Shown here: positions 10,206 to 19,700 of the stretch, one piece after another
Layout: the number at the start of each line of letters is the position of its first letter
Numbering within the stretch: the first letter of the stretch is position 1
Assembly (NCBI GenBank): GCA_028715215.1
Contig: JAQUSF010000001.1
Coordinates: 797 to 64,796 of the forward strand
DNA length: 64,000 nucleotides
DNA from: Candidatus Zixiibacteriota bacterium
GTDB lineage: Bacteria > Zixibacteria > MSB-5A5 > GN15 > FEB-12
Reading direction: 5' to 3'
The notes under the pieces: model-generated
Seen by the model: the letters and a program-made list of their open reading frames with translations, nothing else
Databases searched by the model: none
Told to the model about the DNA's origin: nothing
Translations under genes and position numbers: made by a program

Positions 10206-10668
10206 GATAAGCATTGTTACCCTCGGAAAAGACAAAGAGCGCTGGCTGACGGAAGGCATTGAACATTACCTGAAACTTCTCCGCCGCTATGCCCTGGTTG
10301 AGATGAAAATCCTCCCTTCTCCGAAAATGCCCGCCGCCCTCTCCCCCGCCGAAGTAAAAAAGAAAGAAGCCGATATCTTCGAAAAAGAATTCCAGGAAGG
10401 TTTATTTATCGCCTTAAGTGAGCATGGTGAGAAAAAGGACTCAAAGCAGTTTGCCCGTTTCTTACAGGAAGTGCAGAATCGCGCCCGGGGCACCGTTTAT
10501 TTTCTTATCGGCGGTCCTCACGGCCTCGATGACCGCCTCCTCAAGCGGGCTGACCATATTCTTTCATTGTCCGGAATGACTTTCTCCCATCAGCTGGTCC
10601 GCTTAATACTGCTGGAACAGCTTTACCGGGGTTTTTCCATTCTCCACGGCACCGCTTATCACAAATAA
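10198..10668 (+). CDS. rlmH: 23S rRNA (pseudouridine1915-N3)-methyltransferase RlmH
   Basis: SPOUT-family pattern: MIKISIVTLGK..YFLIGGPHG.....KRAD..LSLS.MTFSHQL.RLIL.EQLYR. GTG start overlaps the upstream gene by 8 nt. Confidence 0.9.
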   Translation: MIKISIVTLGKDKERWLTEGIEHYLKLLRRYALVEMKILPSPKMPAALSPAEVKKKEADIFEKEFQEGLFIALSEHGEKKDSKQFARFLQEVQNRARGTVYFLIGGPHGLDDRLLKRADHILSLSGMTFSHQLVRLILLEQLYRGFSILHGTAYHK

Positions 10669-10698
10669 AAAAGCGTTCTATTTTACTAGAACGCTTTT
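10669..10698. terminator. bidirectional rho-independent terminator between rlmH (+) and the giant surface-protein gene (-)
   Basis: Perfect 12-bp inverted repeat aaaagcgttcta / tagaacgctttt with a 6-nt loop. T-runs follow on both strands. It sits in the 57-nt convergent gap. Confidence 0.7.
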
Positions 10699-10725
10699 GG
10701 AGGAGGAAAGACATGAGGGGGATTT

Positions 10726-13700
10726 TTATTTCAGAAGAATCATCTTTTTAGTCTCGCTGAATTTACCGCATTCCAGACGGTAGAAATAAACACCCGAAGC
10801 CGTCTTATCGTTGTCGGAACTGGTACCGTCCCAGGTCACTTCATTCGTGCCGGATTCACTGTAACCGCTATATTCCCGGACGATTTTACCGGTAACATTG
10901 AATATGGTCAGATGCCATTCCGCCGCCACCGGCAGGGAGAATTCGATCCGGGTCGAAGGGTTAAAGGGATTGGGATAGTTCTGACTCAAGATAAAACCGG
11001 CCGGTAAAAGTTCATTCTTGCTGACAGCCTTGTAAGGCTGACCATGGTAATCGGCGATTTCCGCTTTAACCAGGTTCAGCATACCTTCACCGCTTATGGG
11101 GATTTCCATCAACTGGTGGATACCCGGTTGAATCCTGTGAGTGCCGATATTATAAACCAGAATTTTAAGCTGATTGTTTTCCACTGCGTATTGTATCTCC
11201 ATCCCGGCGGCATCGGCTGACAGACACGGTTCACCGATATCGACACTGCCGTTGATATCGTAGACAAAACAGGCGGCCCCAATCGTACTCACGGCATCGG
11301 TGGTGACACAGACCCGTTCGTTAACCTGCTCCGTTGTCACCAGAAGTTCTTCCTGGTAAGGTACTATTTTCGGATACGGGTCGGCATCGCCGATAATAAT
11401 CCGGACCAGGTAAACCAGGTCGGCTACTGTCAGGGTAATACCGTCGGCGTTGACATCGGTGGCGGCGATCTGTCCGGCCAGATTGATATTAAAGACACCC
11501 AGGCCGCGGACGAAGTAACTTGTGAACAGGACCGCATCAGCAATTTCATAAGCGATGTTGTTAAGGTTAATATCACCCCGGTCGTCAAGCGAATCCGGGT
11601 GAGTGATGCAGATACCACCGTTGAAAAATTCGATACAGCGCAGCGGCACTCCTTTTTCGGTACCGGCCAGGCAGGCATCATAGGCACCCAGTTCCGGGGT
11701 ACGCAGACCATCCTGGTTGATATCCTCGTCCCAGATCAAGATACCTTCAGCGTTGTATATCCGGCTGTCCATAAAGAGGATGGTACCGCTTACATCGGAG
11801 AAAGTATTGTCGCCGCAGTCGTACCAGATGAAGGAAATGGGTATAAAGACATCGCCCAGGTTCTGGTTGTTGGCTATCTGGTACTCGATATAGACAAGGA
11901 CACCGTCAGGTCTGAGTGAAGACGCGGGGGGATGATTCGGACCGTTATTTATATCAGCAATACCCACCAGGCGCAGCAAGCCCTGAGAACCGCTGACGAC
12001 CCGATAGGTGAAATATTCCCAGGCACTGATAGCCGAACCGGCGATGGTGGCGTTAATAAACGTCAGAGCCGAGACATCATATTTCAAGAGCAAGTCGAAA
12101 CCGGCGATGGCGTCGTTGGTTTCAATATCAAGTTCAACCAGCTTGCGCAGGCCCACCGGGGTGCAACTGCCGCCGTCGATGTAAACTCTCAGACAGACAT
12201 CGCAATCGTCCCTGAGCGTGACATGTACCAGCAGAGTATCCTTTACCACCTGGCAGCCGTCATCGGCTTCAAAACAGAAGGCATATGTGTTAATTTCCGT
12301 CGGCCGGAAGGATATTACCCCGCTGTCCGGTTGAATATTAACGAAGGCGCCTTCCGGACCGCAAACCTGCGATATGATTACTTCCGCTTCAACATCGGTG
12401 GCATAAATACCCCTTATCACTATCAGGTCGGTGTCATTGGGGCAGCGTTCCACGGTTATATCGTCGGGCAGGAACAAAAGCGGCGGCTGGTCGGCGTTAA
12501 CGTTTAAGACCGTCGACGGAGAGCAGGTATCGCTGCCGCACATATTACTGCCGATAATGGTCAGCGGATAGGTCCCGGCGGCGCTCACCGGCACACAGAC
12601 ATGACCGGCCGTGTAGTACGCCCCAAGCTGAGCGGGCAGTATAGTAACATCAACCGCCGTACCCTGAACATCTATCGGGAAACAAATCGTATCCGGTTGA
12701 GACAGGCACAGGAGAGTGTCAATATTACCCGGACAGGAAATCTGAGGGAACTCGAACCGTTCCACATACAGCGGGAAACTGCAGGCGGTATCATAACATA
12801 GAGCATTAACGGCAATGGAAACCAGGTAGGTTCCGGCGGTATCGACAAATACACCCACTCGTTTATTAGCGGCTTCATAGCGGCCGTTGGGCAAGATGGT
12901 AATTTGAGCATCGGCGGGTGTTATATTAAGCGGGAAATAAACGGTATCGGGCCAGCAACTCGAGAAATAAAGCTCTTCCGGACACCATTCAATTTTGGCT
13001 GAGTCGCCCATAAGGAAGGACACTCTCAAGGTATCGGCATCCATGGTATTACAGGCATCGAAAGCGGTAACGATGATATTGTAATCACCAAAACCGCCGT
13101 AATCGGCCGGGTTAAAGCAAACCAGAGTGTCATCGAAAGTGCCATGGGTGGTTTTCATGCTGTCGAGATTTCCATCGGGATCGAATACGCTGAATTTCAC
13201 GCACACCGGGAAAAGCTCACATTCGACGAGAGTGGTGTCATTTCCGGCAACCACCAACGGCGGGGTATTAAAGTCGGCTTTGATGGTGAAATCGCAGGAG
13301 ACTTCCCCGCACCGCCCCTTAGCCGTCAGGGTTATCCGTCTTTCGCCTTCCTGCCTGACCGGGATATATATCTTATTACCGACAATATACGCTTTCACGG
13401 CAGCCGTATCGGACACCATGACCTCGGTAACGCTTGAAGATATCGTAAAGGAATCAACCAGGGTGGTGGTATCGCACAGGAAAACACTGTCGCTTGCCGG
13501 ACAGGTAATCGCCAGCGGTTCAAGGATATCAACATTCACGATGAAGGTACATGAATCTTTATTACACTGAGCTTCAGCCACCAGGGTTAAAGTATAAGTA
13601 CCGCTGGAATCGGCAATGAAACAGAAGTTGCCTTCGCTATAAGAAGTCAAACCCACCGGATAAGTTCGGATACTTTTATAACCGTCACCAACATCCGGCA

Positions 13701-16700
13701 GCGGCGTACCTACAATATCTACAGGAATACATACCGAACTCGCCTCACATAGAACCGTGTCAATCGGTCCCTCCGGACAGATGACATCGACAAAATCGCC
13801 TTCATCAATGGTAACCAGAAGAGAATCGACCGTTACGGCGTCGCAAGTATCAGTCGCCCTAATATGAAGCCAGAAAACTCCGAAAGCTTCCGGAATGAAG
13901 CAAACCCGGTTATTTTCAAAGTCATACCAGCCGTTGGGCCAGACCTCCACACTCTTCAGGTTGTCGTCCGGGTCATCTACCATTCCGGTAAAACATATTT
14001 CTTCAAGGGTACAGAGTCTGAAGACGGGAGGGGTGATATCCACATTTATAATCGGAGCGCTATTTTCAATCACCGTAATTTTTATTTCATCAAAACCGGA
14101 GGCATCGCAGCTGTCATAAGCGGTAACCCGGATGGTATAAGTACCCGGGGTATCGGGTGTCAAGCAGGCGGTTTGATAATAAGCGTCATAGACCGCTCCG
14201 CTGACTACTATACTTTCCACATTCCTGTCTATATCCGTAACCGCCACCGGTACACAGACCGGCTGTAACCAGCACTGCAGATAGGTGGCATCTTTGGGCA
14301 GTCTTACCACCGGTTTACTGTTGGTCTGAATGAAGACCGTAAACTCACAGGTATAAGTAGAACAGGCGGTCGTAACCTCCACCCTAATTTCGTTGTCAAG
14401 ACAACAGTCGGAGAAGAAACAAACCGACTCGGTCGCGGCATCATAGGTAACATTGGTGCCATATACTTTCACGCTGGCGCCTTCCGGAATACCTTTGATG
14501 GGGAAGCAGAGATTCTCCGGTTGACATAGAAATACGGTAGTATCGTTCGGACACTGAATGGAGATGCTCTGCTCGGTAAGAATCCGGACAATGGCTGTAT
14601 CCATCGCTTTAAGACCGCAGGAATCAGTGACCGTCAGGGTAATGACATAGTTCCCGCTGTCGTACGGCACAAAACACAATTGACCGTCTTTATATTTGCC
14701 GCGATTGGCAACAACCGATGCAATATTGTTATCCGGGTCGGAGAAAGTGACCGGCAGACAGACGTAGGTCGGGGCGCAAAGGAATACGGTCGTATCGGGC
14801 ATCGGGCTGATAACCGGCGGCCGGTTGACCGTCACCGTTACCAGAACCGTATCATCACCGAAAGCTTCACAGGCATCGACCGCCCGGACAATTATACGAT
14901 AAGTGCCGGCGGTGTCAACGGTAAAGCAAACCTGGCCAGCATCATTTATATATCCGTTCCCGACCGGGTAAACGCTTACAATATTATTATCGACATCGAA
15001 AGTATCAATATCCAGACAGATATCGGTCGGGGCACAAATTAACGTGGCAAAATCATCGCCCAAATCAACGGTCGGGGCGATGTTCCTTATCACGGTAATA
15101 TAAATATCATCCTCAACGGTATTGCCGCAATCATCAAATACTTTCAGAACCAGATGATAGGTGCCGGCGGTATCGAACCCAAGGCACAACTCCTTAGTAT
15201 CTCCATTAAAAGTGCCGTAATTCAATTCATAACCTATAATGTTGAAATCACCGGGGATTATTTCAACCTCGAAACAGAAATCTTCGGGACCGCACAGGAA
15301 TTTATTAAAATCTTCACCCAGATTCACCACCGGGGCGCGACCGCCGTCGATGGTGGCGGTGAAGTTACAGGTATCGGCACGCGGTTCGCCCTCGAACTCG
15401 TTGGCCACGATAATTTCCACATCATACTCACCGGGTTCACTGACTTCAAAACAGACCCGGCCGTCGATATACTGGCCGCGGCTGACCGACACCGTAATAT
15501 CCGTTCCGGTTATTTCATCGATACCCACACAGAACATCTGCGGTTCCAGCAGGCAGAGCACGGCCATGGTATCATGGCAGACGACACCCGGTGGTACGTA
15601 TTCGTTAATCACGAAGGTCAGGTTACATTCGTCGCTGCCGCAGAGCGCGGTGGCGGTCACGTTAACATGATAGGTACCGGGAGCGGTTATTTCCACCGCC
15701 AGGGTATCGTTCGCCCAGGTTCCCCCCGTGACTTCCACCACGGCATCACCCGGGGTTATCGGCAATTCATAACGGATGGTGGTCGGGAAGTTCTCCATAT
15801 CCATTGAAAGGGGTAACTGCGGACAGTTTTCAATAACCACGGTCGGACCCTGCACGACGGTTACTTTTACGGTATCTTCAACCCGGGCACCGCAGGTATC
15901 CTCGGCGAAGACGACAATATTCTGTTCGCCATACCGGGTTGGATAGAAATACACAATACTGTCGTTTATCTGCCCCGGGTTGGCGCCGTAAAATTCAATA
16001 TTATTATCCGGGTCAAACAGGTGGAATTTGACCTGTATTTCCAAACCCTCCAGGGTGCAGACGGTGACGGTTGTGTCAGCCTGCACTGTCAGCTCGGGCG
16101 GTTGATTAACATTCAAATTAACGGTAAAGGCACAGGTATCGGCGTTGCACGGGCCGGTGGCGATAATCTCCACCGGGTACACACCGGGACCGCTGGTGGG
16201 AATATTCAAAAGGGTATCGTTAACAAAGTTCGCGACCTGGGGGCTTATTTGAAGGTCGGTGTAATCACCTATAATTTTAACGGGGATATTAACCGAGTAA
16301 GGGGCGAAGCACTCAAACAGGTTTATTTGTTCATCCGGACAAACGATGAAAACCGAGTCGGTAACGGTAATCTGCCGGGTTACGACACAGGTATCATTAT
16401 TACAGCCGGCATAACCGATAACCGTAATTTCATAAAAGCCCGTGGTATCAGCCATGAAACACAGCTGACCATTTTCATAAAAGGCGACATTTTCAGGATA
16501 AACCCCGATTTGATAATTCAAACCGGTAATATTCAAATCATGGCAGAGCAACTGGGAACCGCAGATGGTGGTATCGGGGAGGTTACCGGGACATTCGATA
16601 TCCACGTAGTCCCCCTTCATAACGGAAACGGTAAAGTAAGCCGTGTCGGCGCTTTCACACTCATCGGTCGCGATAACCGAGAAGGTGTAATTTTCAAAAG

Positions 16701-19700
16701 CGGTCGGGGTGAAACAGATGCGGCCGTCGAGCAGTTCGCCGAACGGCTCGACAATAACAGCGGTTATGGCATTATCGACATCATAAATATTAACAGGTAC
16801 GCATACCGTTTCCAAATCACAAAGAACGACGGTAGTATCTTTCACTTCGACCACCGGCGCCTGATTGATATCAAGAGTAACGCTGAATTCACAGGTATCG
16901 GCATTGCAGAGCCCGACGGCAATAACCCGGATCTCATAAAAACCGGCACTGTCAACAGGTATATTCAAACCCTGACCGGGGATATATTCCGCTGCAGCGG
17001 GAATTATATCCAGACCGGTGTAGTCTCCATAAATTTCCATCGGTATATTAATTGAATGCGGTATCTCACATTCGAACAGACTGTCACTGTCAGGACAGAC
17101 AATTGAAACCGGGATTAAAATCTCCACCGGAACGGTCAGGATACAGGACGAGGTATTGCACTCGGCTTCCGCCGTAACGGTAATTTCATAAGTGCCGGTA
17201 GTGTCGGCACGAAAATGAATTTTACCGTTATCATAAAAAGCAATATCCTCCGGCGCCACCGTCAGATTAGAAAAAACGCCGGCAACGGTTATATCGATAT
17301 CGACTGTGTCACTCTGGCAGAGCTGAATCGGTTCGGTTATCGTTGGACAGGTTACCCAGGCGGAATCACCGATTTCAACCGTTACGCAGATATCCCGTGC
17401 AGTAATCACCCCGCAAAGGTCGGCAGCTTGAACAGTCATGCAATAGTCACCGGCCCTGTCCGGAATGAAACAAACCGAGGTATCGGTGTTGATATAAAAA
17501 GGTGACCCGACCGTTATTGAACTGAGATTGTTGTCGGGGTCGGTAATACTGAGAGGAATACAAATTTCTTCAAAAGAACAGACCCGGAAAACCGAATCTT
17601 CGAGAGTATATTCGATTACCGGAGGACGGTTGGTTGCGACCGTTACAACGACAGTATCGCCATCGTAAGCGCCGCAGGAATCATAAGCGGTCACACTGAC
17701 CACGTATTCGCCTTCGGATTCGGGCGTAAAACAGGCGGTCTGATAATAGTCATCATACACCGCTCCTTCGATCAGAACGCTTGCAACATTACGGTCGATA
17801 TCTTCAACGCTGACCGGAAGGCAGACCTGTTGAAGCTGGCAGGACCAGAAGGTCGTATCGTCGGGCAAACGGACCGCCGGGGCGCTGTTGGTTTGAATAT
17901 CGACTGTAAAACCGCAGGTGTAAGTACTGCAGGGAGTGGTTACTTCCACCCGAATGTTATTCTGCAGACAGCAGTCGCTGAAAAAACAGACCGAACGGGT
18001 TTCCGGGTTGTACGTGACATTGGTGCCGAATACTTTCACCGTGGCGCCGTCGGGTATGCCCCCGATCGGGAAACAAAGGTTTTCCGGTTCGCACAGAAAA
18101 ACACTGGTATCGCCGGGACAGACCAGGTGGACATCGTCACTTACCACCGTAACCGTACAGGTATCCGTAACCACGTGATTACAGCTGTCGGTCACAGTCA
18201 GGGCGATTTTGATATCGCCCAGATTATAGGGGACAAAACAAAGCCGGCCATTTTCATAAGTACCGCGGCTGGGGACAATGCTCATGATATCATTGTCAGC
18301 ATCAGTAATCGTGACCGGCAGACAGATATAGTCAGGTGTGCACAGGAAAACCGTAGTATCATTAAGGCTGAAAACCGGCTCGTTATCTTTAAGCTGGATC
18401 GCGACGGTAATAGTATCGGTAGCCACCAGGTTACAATAATCCTCGAGGTAAACGCTCAGCTTATATTCACCGGCCTGAGTCGGAGTAAAACAAATTTCTC
18501 CCGTCGCTTCGTTAAAGTAACCGCCATGGCTGATATAAAGATGCTTGATATTATCATCATTAATATTGGCTTTAAAACAGAGCTCGGAAATCTCGCAGAG
18601 CACCAAGCTGGTATCCCCGCTTATAAACTCGGCTACCGGGGGGCGGTTTACCTCAACCGTAACCAGGGCGGTGTCAACATCCGTAGCCCCGCAGTCATCC
18701 CGAGCCGTTAAAATAATCGTATAGACACCCGACGTATCGATTTCGATACATATCCGGGGAGGAAGGTTACTGTCATAATATCCGTAATTGAGCATAACCG
18801 TATCAAGGTTATAGTCGTCGTCGCTGACTGAAGCTTCGAAACAGAATATTTCCGGTTGACACAGGAATATATTCTGGTCGGCGAGGGGCTGGATGACCGG
18901 CGGTCGATTGCCGTTGATTACCACCGGCACCGTACAGGTATCAGTAGCGTTGCAATAATCACTCACCTCGATAACGACATCAAAACTCTGCGATTCCTCG
19001 CCGATGACACAAACTTTTTTATCGTCCATAAAGGCATTGCCTTCGAGAATTCGATAAGTCAGGGGACCGAACTCGGGGTCATTGGCACTGACCTCGAAAC
19101 AAAACGTATCCACGGCGCAGGTATTGAATTCCTGGCTTTCCGGGCACAGGGTAAAATAAGGCGGTAGATTTATAATCACCGTAACAATGATGGTATCCGG
19201 CAGACAGGGTGGGGTTATTTTATCAAGCGGACACTGGTCAACCAGGCAGTAAATAAACCGGTAAACCGCCGTGTCAACATCGGCCGGCATAAAACAGGTC
19301 TGACCGGAGGTATCGTTTAGCGGCGTAAACTGACCGAGGTCATCAATTTCAGTGATAGTCACCGGACCGCCCTCGGGGTCACGCGCCACCACGTCGAAAC
19401 AAATTTCCACCGGTTCACAAAGAATAATAGTCGTATCGCGAGTCAAAAGTTGCGGGGGCTCATTAAGGTAAACATAATCCGTAACGGTCGCCGTATCAGC
19501 TCCGCAGGGGTCATAAACAGCCACCTCAAAGGAAGTCACTCCGGAGGAGGTCACCTCGTAACTTATTACACCGGTATTTTCATCAATCGTTCCCGGTCCG
19601 GACAGCTTCTCAAAACGCAGTTCATCATTATCGGCGTCAAACGCCGTCACCGGCAGTTCGCGCTGGCGTTGACCCAGGCACAGCTCCTGTGAAAATTCCT

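Noticed and set aside
11430-19692. Numerous plus-strand ORFs (for example 16021-17055 at 344 aa, 17830-18711 at 293 aa, 15154-15807 at 217 aa) and short alternative-frame minus-strand ORFs within the giant gene
   Set aside because: They are antisense or off-frame shadows of the 3124-aa ORF. Their G/I/D/R/T-rich composition mirrors the sense-strand codon bias, and they have no RBS or recognisable domains.
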